Assembly (NCBI RefSeq): GCF_006345805.1
Contig: NC_042997.1
Span: forward strand, 141,112,001 to 141,176,000
From: Octopus sinensis
Taxonomy: Eukaryota
Length of the DNA stretch: 64,000 nucleotides
Direction of reading: 5' to 3'
Positions 40,573 through 53,660 of the stretch are shown here, in pieces (position 1 is the stretch's first letter; every line of letters starts with the position of its first letter). The notes beneath the pieces are model-generated. The model was not told the origin of the DNA. It saw only the letters and a list, made by a program, of their open reading frames with translations, and made no database searches. Made by a program: the position numbers and the translations under genes.

Positions 40573-41023
40573 CGTTGACATCAGACGTTTTAACATTTTT
40601 CTCGTTTCCTTCCTTTTTTTATCTCTCCTTCTCTCTAAGTGTATGAGCATGTAGTTATGTTTATATGTATGTGAAATGTCCTGTTCTCTCATTCTCTATC
40701 TGTATATTTCTACATTCACATGACACGCGTGATTGTGTGTGTGTGTGTGATTATCTCCATCACCAAAAAATACTGTCATCCAAGCAGGTTGCCTTGTATA
40801 TATCAGCTGTGCCAAATTGTCTCATTTTGTGCCAGTATAACCATATAAAACATAAAGCATGCGTATAGCCAAGACACTTTTGATCAGAAGTATGTTTAAC
40901 CAGGGATGATCTGGCGTTAGACAACAATAACAACATGTTGACTACACTTCATGATTCCAAATGAAATAGAAAGTGTTGTGTACCTGGAATGCCATGTTTT
41001 GTATGACCATCAACCTATCATTC

Positions 41024-41407
41024 TCTATATAAAGCTGAAGTTGTCTGTGTATGGCAGGTTTGGTAGCCTTCAACTAACACTATCTCCTCCGAGACCCTGC
41101 GGCGCAAGTTGACTAAGATTGAGAGTATGATAGAAGGCTTGCTCTTCCTTCTGTAGAAGAAAAAATTCAAATTGGCCCATGTTAACACCAAATATTATTT
41201 ACCTCAAAAAGGTGCTTTTTTTTCTATGAAAATCCCTGTTTTTTACGATGTTTTGACTGCTCTGTCGCCATTTTTTGGCGTATTTCAACCAGAAAAATGT
41301 TCACTTAAAGAGAATAACAAGCTACATAATGCAAAAGTTTTGCTTTTCAAAAATTCCAATTCTAAAGGGTCGAAACAAACCCGAGCAACGCCGGGCGATA
41401 CTGCTAT
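41024..41407 (+). mobile_element. Non-autonomous Helitron-like element
   Basis: 5' TCTATATAAAGC; 3' hairpin CCCGAGCAACGCCGGG followed by CTAT(T), a CTAG-like end. Confidence 0.75.
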
Positions 41408-42146
41408 TATTCAATAGATCTGTACGATCAGAACTGACTGTATAACGACAGCAACCACCACCATCCTCATTATCATAATCAGCAGCAATATGGCTGTTAA
41501 ATCACCAATAAACGTTATTTTTAAGAAGTTCTACTCGAAATAAACAGTCTGCAAAACTTCCTATTCGCAATCCAACAAGACGAGTAGTAATTTTAACATC
41601 CGTAACAAAACTTATAAAAAGTTTTTCACCGAATATTTACTCTGAATAGTCATCAAACAACATTAACATGCTGCCATGACTCACCTATTAAACTTACGTT
41701 TACGTAAGTTTAAAACTATTCATTAACATAAGCAAAAAGAAAAAAAGAAGCAAATAATACATTTATGTGTTATTTTATTTTATTTTATTTTTGCTTATGT
41801 TAATGAATAGTTTCGAATGGTTTCACGCTTGCATACTATTTCTAGCTCACATAAATTTTCCAGCAACATATATATTTATATTTCTCTCACACTTCCGCTT
41901 TGCCTGTATGTTTATTGGTTTCTCCTCTCTCCCTAACTGTCTCTTTCACTCTCTCCCTTACTACCTCTTCCCCCTCTTTCTATCTATCTATCTTGCTACA
42001 TATATATGTATATATATATGCGTGTGTGTGTGTGTTTGTATATGTATAAATATACACATATATACATACATGCATAGGCATACATATGAACATATATATA
42101 TATATATGTCTATATATGTTCATATATATATATGTATGTATGTATG

Positions 42147-42180
<34 letters not shown>

Positions 42181-42324
42181 TGTATGAATGTATGTATGTA
42201 TGAATGCATGTATGTATATATGTATGTACGTATATATGAATATGTGCAGATTTGTATGCTTTATTTTATGTATGTAATTTCATCTAGTTGCATATCTAAT
42301 CATACTCATATATATTAAAATGAT

Positions 42325-42620
42325 AAACTTGAGGAAAGTTTTACAGATTTTTACAGTTCCAGTGATTGATTGAATCTGTAGTTTTCGAATAAGTTCTATC
42401 TGGTTTTGAGATGCCTAATTTCTCAAGATTGGTATTTAGGCAGTGTGTTACAGACCACAGGGCCCCAATAATTACAGGTAAAAACCTGAACTTGTAATCT
42501 GGATAGAGTAACTGCAGATTTCTCAATAGTTCAGCGTATGTGTTCTCTTTTTCACTGATCTTCAGCTTTATGTTAACATCCGTTGGGCAGCAAATTTCTA
42601 CAAGTGTGCACAGTTTATAT
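42325..42620 (-). mobile_element. R4/Dong-type (restriction-like endonuclease) non-LTR retrotransposon, C-terminal fragment
   Basis: LVEICCPTDVNIKLKISEKENTYAELL...FLPVIIGAL...GTVKICKTFLKF matches the PD-(D/E)xK RLE C-terminus pattern (EISCP, EKxxKY, IPIVIGALG). Confidence 0.8.
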
Positions 42621-42639
42621 ATATTCACCAACGTAAACA

Positions 42640-42790
42640 TATATATTCACCAACGTAAACAAGGAGACGGCCCAGAAGAGCTGTAGGAGATTCCGAAGCC
42701 GTCTACAGGCCGTGGTTGAAGCCCATGGTGATTTTACTGAATACATTTACTTTTTAGTATTTCAAGATATTTTTGTGTAATTTTGGTAAA
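42640..42790 (+). mobile_element. maT (DD37D)-type transposon 3' fragment
   Basis: FTNVNKETAQKSCRRFRSRLQAVVEAHGDFTE resembles the ACxRFRSRIEAVVEAxG terminus. Confidence 0.7.
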
Positions 42791-43204
42791 TATATATATA
42801 TATTGGGTGGTTGAGTTCGTCTCTTGCTGATGTGGGGTGGTTATATTATAGGGTAATCATACAAATTATTACCTTCATAATATCTCTGACCACCCAGCAG
42901 CGTATGAGACTAAAATCAGCAGGGCATGCACTTCTTATGGATAATGGAAACGTCTACACTAAGAAACAACATCTATTTTATAGATAACCAAGTTCTTGGA
43001 AAATATCTCCAAAGAAATAGAAGTTAATATGCAAAGTCTACTTTGAATGTGATCGGAGGAAAAACCGCGATATTCCTGTGGAAGTTTAGGAAATCTTTAC
43101 AGTTGACACAGTAACCAGGTGAGAAATACATGCATTAATTCGTCCATCCATTTAAAACTTAATCGCATTAAACACGCATAATTTAAATGGAATGCAAGGA
43201 GATC

Positions 43205-44185
43205 TATAAATAGCGACCCCAGAAGGATGAAGGGTAAAGGTGACCTCGGTTGAATTTGAACTCAGAACTGCGTGCTAACGATTGTCAGCGCACCGCCTTA
43301 AGTAAACCTATAAATATTAATCATTCCTTCAATTGTCCAACTTTGTCTAAGGTTATTCTTGTTATCCACTGAGTTTTCTTTTTAACTCGGAAAAGTGGGC
43401 GAGTTGGAGATATCTAGAGTAAATTTCAGTAAATTAGAGTAAGAGCTATATTGGTTTCAAATTTTGGTACAACGTCAGCAATTTCTAGGAAGTGACGCGT
43501 AAGCCTACTACATCGACCCTAGAGCTCAACTGGTACTTATTTTATCGTGTTCGATTGGATGAAAGGCAAAGTTGACATCGCTGAATTTGATTCAGAACGT
43601 AAAGACGGACGAAATGACACGAAACATTTTGCCCGGCGCGTCTAAAGATTCTGCCTGCTCGTCGCCTATAATTAGAAAAGTGTATTAAACTGTCGAGTTG
43701 ATGACATAGAAAGTGAGAAAGACATAGATAGATAAATAGAGAAAGAGAGAGAGGAAGGAGAGATAAAGTTGAGGAATAAGTAATGCAAATATTAGATATA
43801 CTTAATATATGATTATTATATACGGTGGGAGAAAGATGCTACTGATAATATTATTTCTCATTTAGATACAAGGCCAGCAATTTTGAGTGAAGGAGTTAGT
43901 CGATACCATCGACCTCAGTATTTTGGTGTACATTATTTTATCACCTCCGAAATTATAAAGAATCTGATAATTATATCTAAGTAAAGAATCTAATAATTAC
44001 TTCTATTGTAGGAACACGGCCTGGAATTAGGACTGAGGGTATAGTTGCTTAAAACGATCCCAGTACTTTATTGAGTCTGCACTTGATCAGTTACTTGATG
44101 AATGAAAAAATAAAGTTAACATCAGCGGTATTTGAAACCACGAAATAGTTACAGGAAAGTAATTTATCTGACGCTCGAACGACTG
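43205..44185 (-). mobile_element. Three decayed SINE family A copies
   Basis: Motifs at 43205-43300, 43450-43670 and 43855-44185. Confidence 0.75.
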
Positions 44186-44779
44186 CCAATCCATCAAACG
44201 TTTGACATAACCATCTCCCTAGCTTTATGATACACTCTAGTTCGTATTTTAAGGGAAATCAGTGTAAAAGAACCGAGATATCTGGTGAAAATTACTGAAG
44301 CGTTTTATATGAAGGGTTAACCTGAATTATACACATTACTTTGAAAATAACTTAAATATTAAATTAGTGAAATAAAGTGCAAATCAAGTTCTAAATAAAT
44401 AAATAAATGGATAAATGTTTTCTGTAAGAGCAAAAGAATATGGGTTTAACACATTTAGTAGTATAGTAAAGTGGATTAAATATTATAATGTAATGTAAAA
44501 ATATTTAATATATTGAATAAAAGATGACAGAATATATGTTTAGAATATCATGGCAGAAAAGGTAAACATAGATTAAGAATTAAAGTTTATAATTTAGCGG
44601 GGAGTACTGTAAATGCATGTAAAAGAAAAGATTTGTAAATTCATGGGAGTGTTGTGAAAAACGAAATACCGGACTCTAAGTGCATCGGAAGAAATATAAA
44701 AAATAAGCATGGAAAAACGGAAAGAGTTTTTAAAATATATAAAAGGTGTGCGTATATGTGCACGCGTGTATTTGGGCAT

Positions 44780-44821
<42 letters not shown>

Positions 44822-44850
44822 AAGAAAAAAGCAACAAAAATGGATCAATA

Positions 44851-44940
44851 TTTCGGTACAATTGTTTCGTACGAAGACCAGCTTTATTAAGGCTGCAAAT
44901 ATTGCAGCAAATACAGGTGACCCGTACTCATCAGCCGAAA
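44851..44940 (-). ncRNA. Canonical type I hammerhead in the 3' terminal repeat (sense to the ORF)
   Basis: Minus strand TTTCGG-CTGATGA-GTACG...CGTAC-GAA-ACAATTGT-A-CCGAAA. Confidence 0.9.
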
Positions 44941-46027
44941 AACATCTGAGTTCTCAAAACATCTAAGGGGTGAGGCTACACTCCTGAAACATCAGGGATA
45001 GTTCTATAAAAATCAGATTTAGATAATAAACGGACTTCCAAAGTTCTTCAATGTTGCACAGTCATATAACAGGCTTTAAAAAAGTATTTTAGAAAACCTC
45101 TTAGTTTCACAGAAATTGAAAATGTAAATCCATCCATAATAATGAAGTAGGTTTGAATTCTGGAGATATGAGGAGAGATTTCATACTCACAGACGATGTA
45201 TTTATCCATAATTAGTTCATAATAAAGTGGGTTTCCTGATGCATGATGGTATGCTGGTTACATTTCTGATCATTTCTCAAAACTGCTATGTTAGAATTAG
45301 TTGAAGGAAATTTAGTGGAGCGTAGAGGCAATCACTCACATAGGGTATAATGGGGTTGTAAATATCCAACTACGCAGAATAGTTTATTTCATTGGAGACA
45401 AACTGACTGGGTCAGGATTTGTAAGAATCTAAGAGTTTTAAAAAGGAATGCTAATATTGACCAGTATACCGTTGTTAATTGCTATATAAAGAGGACACGG
45501 GAAGGTAAAGGCGGGTCAAAGGTTGTCATATAGGAAAAAGCATAAAACAGATTTCAGTGCAACACTTGAAAGGAGGTCATTCAATTTATTACTTTATTTA
45601 TTAAAGTTACTACTTATACATTGGCAGACTTTGGGACTACATTTAGGGGTCAAAAGAAAGAATTGAGAGTATTGTTTTTCATAATGAAAAATCATTATAT
45701 TATTTCTATGGGATTATCTTTAATTTACTTATAGTATATAAAAGAATTACGAAGTTTTATTAACTTATTTGCTTTAAGTTGGTTTACCTAAATTAGAAAA
45801 AAATTAGATTAAATTAATTTAAATTATCTATATAGTCTATTAGAATGAAAGTTTTTTAGCAACTAATTTATTTCTTTATGTTCCAAATTTGGTACAGTTA
45901 GAGAGAAAATAACCATAGCTTATGAGCTTGCAGCTATCTATTTAAAATATATAATATATAAGAGTATTGCTTTATTATTATAATAAGCAAAATAGACAAA
46001 TCACAAAATGGTTTTTATATACGGTTA

Positions 46028-47038
46028 TCATTTAAAATATTTTAGAGTCTTAATTCTAGCGTGAATACAAGACCGACCCAATTCTATACGGTTATTCAAT
46101 AAGTCACCATTTCTTCTGTGCATTAGTATTTCAAATGTTTCCATGGAGCAAAGTTGGCAACCAACTCTGTTATTTTTATAAGGTATCGCTCTTCTAACTA
46201 ATTCCCAATTAAGGTTATATTTAATATTATTGTTTTTGAGTTCCCAGATCTTACTTGAAAGTGTGGTGCTATCAGCTTTATGACGTAATTTGAAAGAAGA
46301 GAGATGGTTGCTAAGACGTTTTTAAAAATTTATAGTACACCCTAAATAAATAAATTTGTTATTCTCTGTAGTTATGGTACATTTATAGATTGCGTTATTT
46401 AACCCGCATAGACCAGGTGCCGGGCATTTTGATCTAATTCTACAGCTACACCTAGGGGGATCATTTTCCGATGTGGGATTACTCAAAGATAGATGTCTCA
46501 TATTCCTGCTATTCAAATCATTATTAGTATATTTTTCGCTATTATAGTTAATGCTGCTATCTAAAATAGTGTTATCGTTATTATAGTTAATGTTATTATC
46601 TAAAGCAGTATTATCATTTGTCGGTCTTTCTACACTATCATTTAATTCTATAGTCCTACCATAATTACTAACATTATTGGTATTGCTACTATTATTGCCA
46701 GTATTAGTTTCCAAATGTATACTGTTACTATAGATATCATTGTTGTCTTCATTCCCGGTATTTTCCCTATTGGTATTACTCCTATTATTAACATAATTGT
46801 TCCTATTTGTATTATTACTATTACTAGCTATTCCATAGCTATTTGTTATACCTATGTTATGATAGTTATTATTATTGTGGCTATAATTACTTTCGGTAAT
46901 GTTACTACAATTGTCATTGGTATTCCTATTGGTATTATTTAAATTTTTCCTGGCTAGTTTAATGTTATTATTATTAATCTTATGGATAAATACATCGTCT
47001 GTGAGTATGAAATCTCTCCTCATATCTCCAGAATTCAA
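46028..47038 (-). pseudogene. Asn-rich linker plus GIY-YIG endonuclease of the PLE, with one in-frame TAA at 46322-46324
   Basis: CSCRIRSKCPAPGLC-NAIYKCTI...YLGCTINF*KRLSNH...LSSKIWELK...CQLCSMETFEI...LLNNRIELGRSCIH...KYFK*. The frame continues past the stop to TGA at 46028-46030. RT is absent. Confidence 0.9.
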
Positions 47039-47251
47039 ACCTACTTCATTATTATGGATGGATTTACATTTTCAGTTTCTGTGAAACTAAGAGGTTTTCT
47101 AAAATACTTTTTTAAAGCCTGTTATATGACTGTGCAACATTAAAGAACTTTGGAAGTCCGTTTATTATCTAAATCTGATTTTTATAGAACTATCCCTGAT
47201 GTTTCAGGAGTGTAGCCTCACCCCCTTAGATGTTTTGAGAACTCAGATGTT

Positions 47252-47341
47252 TTTCGGCTGATGAGTACGGGTCACTTGTATTTGCTGCAATATTTGCAGC
47301 CTTAATAAAGCTGGTCTTCGTACGAAACAATTGTACCGAAA
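47252..47341 (+). ncRNA. Canonical type I hammerhead in the inverted repeat (cut after 47335)
   Basis: TTTCGG-CTGATGA-GTACG...CGTAC-GAAAC-AATT-GTA-CCGAAA. Confidence 0.9.
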
Positions 47342-47551
47342 TATTGATCCATTTTTGTTGCTTTTTTGTTGTTTATAATCACCCCGCATTATCTTATGGT
47401 TAATACCATATAGATTTCTGGTGCATCTAAGTTAAGTACCGCATTCAAGTGAATTCAACAGACCTTACTTGAATCTTAATTGATTTTACTATATATATAT
47501 ATATGCATATATATATTGTACATATGTGTGTGTATGTGTATATGTATATAT

Positions 47552-47592
<41 letters not shown>

Positions 47593-47624
47593 TATACATA
47601 TATAAATGTGTGTGTATAAATATC

Positions 47625-47658
<34 letters not shown>

Positions 47659-48724
47659 AGTATGTATATATCTATGTATACACATAAGCACATGCATGTA
47701 TAAGTACACTAATAAACACATATATACAATATACATGCATTTATATATAAGACTAATTGTTCGTAAATAACTACTTGTTGGCATATATGTTGTTATGAAT
47801 ATATGTTTCCATGTATAGATGTATACCTGTATCAATTTTCCTCGCTTTTATTATTACATTCTTCCCTCTCACTGTCTGTCTGTTTCTCTCTCTTTCTCTC
47901 ACTCTCTCTCTCTCTCATCTTCTTCCAATGTTTGTGTGTGTGTATGTGCGTGCATACGTCTGCGTGTGTGTATATCTACGTTTTGGGTATGTGTATGTAT
48001 ATCAATATTTAAGTTCCTATGAATGCGTATATGTGTTGAAATCAATACAGCTTTGTTGTTACATGAGATTCTTTCTGTGTTTCAATGTTATAAATACTTA
48101 TTAATGACGAATTTATCTTTTAAATGTCATTCAGTCGATAGAAAGAAACTTAACATCAAATGAATGAGTGAAATGGAGGGAGATATAGTTTTATAGACAG
48201 TACGTGAATGTATTAAAAAGAAATGCATCTGTGAATAAATGAAAGACGACATAGACAGACTATGTTATACTATGTATACGTACGTACATGCATACATACA
48301 TACACACTTACGCTCGCATACACGAACACTCACACACACATGTAAATTTGATGTATGCACCTTGAAACTGTTTAAAATTAATATCACTATCTCTGTATCA
48401 TACCAAATATATGCAAAGCGTTAGAATGCATGATGCTGTAGAATTCTCAGAGGTAAAGTCTCTTCATAGGTGAAAATCTCTTCTTGTGTACAGGAGTGAG
48501 ACGAATATCATCGTTGCAGTGACTCAGAAAAACGACAGACTGGCTTATGAAATCCGTGCATCAGGTTGTCAACTGTTTAAACGAAATTAGCGCCTAGATA
48601 TATAGAAAAGAGTCACTGATATTCTCGAAGCTTGCTGAGATGTATAAAAATGTTAATGCACAGAAATGAAAGAACTTATTCTTTAAACTAAATCATACTA
48701 AATTAAACTAAATCATACTAAATG

Positions 48725-49327
48725 ATTATCTCATCAACCCCGAAAGGATGAAAGGCAAAGTCGAACTCGGCGGATTTTGAACTCAGAACGTAGCGACAGA
48801 CAAAATAATGATTTTGTGGGAATAGAAATGCAAGCTCCTAAAAACGATGAAGTGAGACTGTTGTAGTATTTTTCTATGCAAACTGAAAGAAGAATAGAAG
48901 AGAGCAGACGAGTAGAAGAAACTATGAATTGCAATCAACGTGGCACAGTGAAAAGAAGGGAAAAAGTCCAAAAAAGTAGAACATCATTCAAGTGCTAGAA
49001 GAAAGAAGTTAACAAGGTCATGATGCTCTTAATTATTATTGGAGCTTCAGAAATAAGAATCTGAGGCCAAATTTGAAAAGCGTGAGTTTAATATGGGAAT
49101 AGATGTAATTCAGAAAACATGGCTATTAAATTCAATAGGAATTTTGGAAAGTTCTCAGTAAAAGTAAAAACAGATACAAAAAGCAGGAAAAAAATTTTGT
49201 ACGAAAGATTCAAAATGTTCCTCAGTCTGTTTAGACCATGAGTTGTGGTTCAACAGGAAGTATAATTTAACCGGATAAAAGAACAGTTCTGCGAAACAAC
49301 AGATAGTAATAATAATAATAATAATAA

Positions 49328-49377
<50 letters not shown>

Positions 49378-49715
49378 ACCCTTTCTACTATAGGTACAAG
49401 GCCTGAAACTTTGGGGACAGATAGTCGATAACATTGACCCCAGTACTCAACTGCTACTTATTTCATCCTCCCTGAAAGGATGAAAGGCAAAGACGACCTC
49501 GGTGGAATTTGTAGTTTCAAACTTTGACACGAGGCCAGCAGGTTCGGAGGTGGGGTTAAGTCGATAATACCGACCCCAGTATTCAACTGGTATTTATTTT
49601 ATCAACCCTGCTAGGATGAAAGGTAAAAGTCAATCTCAGTAGAATATGAACTCAGAACGTAAAGACAGACGTAATACAGATAAGCATTTTGACCGGCACG
49701 CTATCGATTCTGTCT
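48725..49715 (-). mobile_element. SINE family A copies (48725-48830, 49380-49715) with (TAA)n/(TAG)n between them
   Basis: Family diagnostic motifs. Confidence 0.8.
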
Positions 49716-51740
49716 TAATAAAAAAAATAGCCGTCTTAATTAAAAAAAATAATAATGTTTAGATATGCAACTATATGCATGACAATGCATACATAAAACA
49801 TACAGATCTGCACATACATACATACATACATACATACATACATACATACATACATACATACATACATACATACATACATACATACGTATTTATATGTGTA
49901 TGTAGGCAAATAGGGAGGCATGTATATATGTGTATGTATTCATAACTCCGAGATGACTCGAAGAGAGATCGCAAAATAAACTTCTATAATAGTGTAAAAT
50001 ATTTAATCAGATTCTCGCCTGTTTCTGTCAACACCCCATTCTTGTAAATCTCTGTTATGTTTTTAAGGCAGTATCCTTATAAATGTCATTCATTTCAAAT
50101 ACCTTTTCCTAAGAAAAATGTAATTCTGCAACGATCAAGCTTTCAATTATACTACATGAACAAATTTAATTTAATACCTGGAAGGATATATTGCTATATG
50201 AAAATAACTGTGGGATCAAATATTCACTTGCACAGAAAGACAAAAAGAACAAATGATGTACAGCCTTCAAGTAATAGGCTCGATGACAATATGTAAATCT
50301 ATTATCAGAAGAATCATTAAATATACCATTTCAAGATTTTACTGGATCATAGCAGTAACTTGTCACTGAAACAACAGACAATGTAGATCAAGAGCGTCCA
50401 GAAGAACACAAAAATGCCAATCATATTATAGAAAAAAGCTATCAATACCAAGAAACTTTCACGTAATGATAGGTACATGCTACGCAAAACTTATTAACCA
50501 ATCACTTGAGAAGATAAATATTATCCTGTTGATGGTTTAGTCTTTCAGGGGATCCACATGATGCAATTTATTTAATATGGTTTTGTGAATTACGAATGTC
50601 TATCAAAGATGCCAGAGCTTTTATTAAAAGTCAGATTTGGTGATTTTTATATGTTGCTGAGAAATTGGATCTCAAACCTGGAGCTGCTTGGTTGGTTGGT
50701 TGGAGTAGAATAAGATTAGTAGGGTATGGCCATCATTGCTATTTTATTGGTGCTGACACCATTAGAGGAAGCAATAAAGAGGAACGCATTTTTATTCACG
50801 AATTATATTAGAGCTATCTGACTCAATATGCTATGATTCAAAAGCTATTTCCTCTAAATCCTGCGTTTGCAATGCTCATTAAATAATCACAAGAGGAATC
50901 ATTTAAAAGAAAGAAAAAGATAGTGCAATTTAACAGACCTAGCATGTGGCTTGTGACCAATTTTACTTTGCACTCGCAAGCTCGAGGAATGTTTATACTA
51001 TAAAGATTTTTATGAATTACATAACCAAAAATGAACGGAAAAAGTAAAAACATTTACGAATTTTACAAAATGTATAAAATAAGAAAAAGAAATGCTAAAA
51101 AAAAGATTCTTCAATTACCATGTATTTCCGAAATATTTCTGGTATAGCTATTTTGTCTCTTATATTGCTAAATGTATTCATTAAAAAAAAAAGAAGCTTT
51201 TGCCTATAAAAGCGTCTTTCATTTAGCGAACCTTTTTGCAAACATAGACGCACACACACGTCATACATGTCACATACGATTGCTGCTTTTAGTGTTGCAC
51301 GTCGGAGTTAATATTTCTAATAGATTTTTACTTCGTTTTTGGACGATGACGATTTAAAACGAGTTCTGAAGAATGCTGTCTTCACCTATATACATACACG
51401 CACATTCTCTCTTACACTCGCACATTCTCTCTAGCACACTCACATTTTTTCACATACACGCACACACGAATATATTTAATTGGATGTCTGGTTTTAAGAA
51501 CTAGGAGAGCCATTATTAAAGGTCAAATGCTAGATAACATACAACAGATTGGGTAAATTTGCTTAATGAGATGATTTTACTGACAAGAGTAGTCCGGCAT
51601 ATTTTCAGAAGAGTAACTCTGAGGATTTCGATATTCGCAAGAAACACGACTAGTCATGTAAGTGCCATCATCTGCATAGACAAATCCATCCATCCATCCA
51701 TCCATCCATCCCATCATACATACATACATAAATACATATA

Positions 51741-51959
51741 CAGGATTGACCAAAAGTCACCCGACACTAAATCAAAATTCCATAAATGATATTCAATTTT
51801 ATTTATTCTTTCCAATTATGAATGTTTAATAATTGGATGCTGTGAATTTTTTTCAATATTTGTCTATTTATTAGCGGAATCTCATATCAAATATTGTTTT
51901 GTTTTAATCTTGGAATTAAATATTTTGATTTGCTGTCAGACGACTTTTGGCCAAGCCTG
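51741..51959. mobile_element. 219-bp Tc1/mariner-type MITE
   Basis: TA|CAGGATTGACCAAAAGTCACCCGACACTAAATCAAAAT is mirrored by ATTTTGATTTGCTGTCAGACGACTTTTGGCCAAGCCTG|TA. Confidence 0.8.
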
Positions 51960-51981
51960 TATATATACATACATAAGTATG

Positions 51982-52042
<61 letters not shown>

Positions 52043-52111
52043 CACACACATATATATATATATATACATACATACATACATACATATGTGTGCGCATACA
52101 TATGCTTAGAA

Positions 52112-52142
<31 letters not shown>

Positions 52143-52365
52143 AGTGAGTGAGTGTGTGTAGATTTTACCGTATATTACATCACAGTTCTCTCCTCTCTGT
52201 GGACTTTAACATTTCCTCACTATCATACAAACTCTTCATCAAACCTCTCTGAACGTTTTATTCGCGCCTTGTATTCTTTCTTAATTTTTTCTTTGAATTT
52301 TCTTTTCTTTTCAGAACTTTCTCTCCTTGACTATTCTGCTTTCTCACTTCCTCCATGTTTCTCTC

Positions 52366-52403
52366 TTTCATCTGATGAAGTATTCATGTCTGAAACGTTA
52401 AAA
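52366..52403 (+). ncRNA. Degenerate minimal hammerhead motif
   Basis: CTGATGA-AG(TATTCATGT)CT-GAAAC-GTT-AAAA; stems I and II are eroded. Confidence 0.35.
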
Positions 52404-52482
52404 TACTTTCTCTTCGGATTAAAGCAGTAACATAAAACTATGTGTTAAACTATGTTCGTCCAGTGTTGCATGTATAATATAT

Positions 52483-52575
<93 letters not shown>

Positions 52576-52622
52576 TATATATATATATACAGATAGATAG
52601 ATATTATATACATCTTGCAGGA

Positions 52623-52881
52623 ATGACCACTAGGTGAACTCTTAAATGTAGACCCCATATGGTCTGACCACTAACGCTCTGCTGATTTGCAGACATTTAC
52701 ATATGTAAATGTTAACAAAGAAATCTCGTATGTGACTACTCATTATAATTTGTATCTTTGCATTTGTCTTGCTGGCTTTACGTTCTGGCGTTTGGTGAAT
52801 TTTCTTGAAAACAAGTTTCTCTTAGTGGTAAGACCATATGGGGTCTACATTTAGCATATTAGAAGTTCCCCTAGTGGTCAT
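52623..52881. repeat. Inverted repeat, about 55-bp arms (52623-52674 / 52822-52881)
   Basis: AAATGTAGACCCCATATGGTCT / AGACCATATGGGGTCTACATTT and ATGACCACTAGG / CCTAGTGGTCAT. Confidence 0.8.
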
Positions 52882-52936
52882 GCCTCTTATATGTATGTAA
52901 TATAATTTTCCGAATCTTCAGATTTTTTTCAACACA

Positions 52937-53090
52937 GGCGTAGGAGTTGCTGTGTGGTAAGTAGTTCCGGGTTCAGTCCCACTGGGTGGCACCTTGGGAA
53001 AGTGTCTTCCACTATATCCCCGGGCCGACCAAAGCCTTTGTGAGTAGATTTGGTAGATAGAAATTGAAAGAAGACCGTCGTATATATATG

Positions 53091-53176
<86 letters not shown>

Positions 53177-53660
53177 ACGAAAAGAAAATATAAAATACAC
53201 GTGGAAATGTAAGGGTAAAATATGAAAAATCAACGAAAATGCATATTGCAAATAGAAAAAGATTGTTTATGACAGGTAGTGACAAATATATACATTTAGA
53301 TTGACTGAAGTAGTAATACGAGTCATAAAGGCCATTATTATGAGATGATTATAAGATGATAATAAAGTAAGAGAATAAAACGAACCAGTGGTTTACGCCG
53401 CGAAGGCTATATATATATATATATATATTTCTACATGTATGTATGTGTGTATATGTTTGCGTGTCTGTGTTTGTCCCCCAAACATCGCTTGACAAGCGAT
53501 GCTGGTGTGTTTACGTCCCCGTAACCTAGCGGTTCGGCAAAAGAGACCGATAGAATAAGTACTAGGCTTACAAAGAATAAGTCCCGGGGTCAATGCTCGA
53601 CTAAAGGCGGTGCTCCAGCATGGCCACAGTCAAATGAGTGAAACAAGTAAAAGAGTAAGG
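52937..53660 (+). mobile_element. tRNA-headed SINE: head 52937-53082, expanded (TA)n plus insertion, tail 53455-53660
   Basis: GGCGTAGGAGTTGCTGTGTGGTAAG...GGTTCAGTCCC head; tail GGCGGTGCTCCAGCATGGCCACAGTCAAATGAGTGAAACAAGTAAAAGA. Confidence 0.8.

Larger units (their letters stand above)
44815..47377 (-). mobile_element. Young 5'-truncated Penelope-like element with inverted terminal repeats (44815-45211 / 46980-47377)
   Basis: About 397-bp arms with about 5 differences, an HHR in each arm, an internal GIY-YIG ORF, and (TA)n at the left end. Confidence 0.92.

Noticed and set aside
45640-45960. AT-rich stretch resembling mitochondrial 16S rRNA (NUMT)
   Set aside because: No conserved rrnL motif was found. 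It lies inside the PLE between the ORF and the terminal repeat, and the similarity is compositional.
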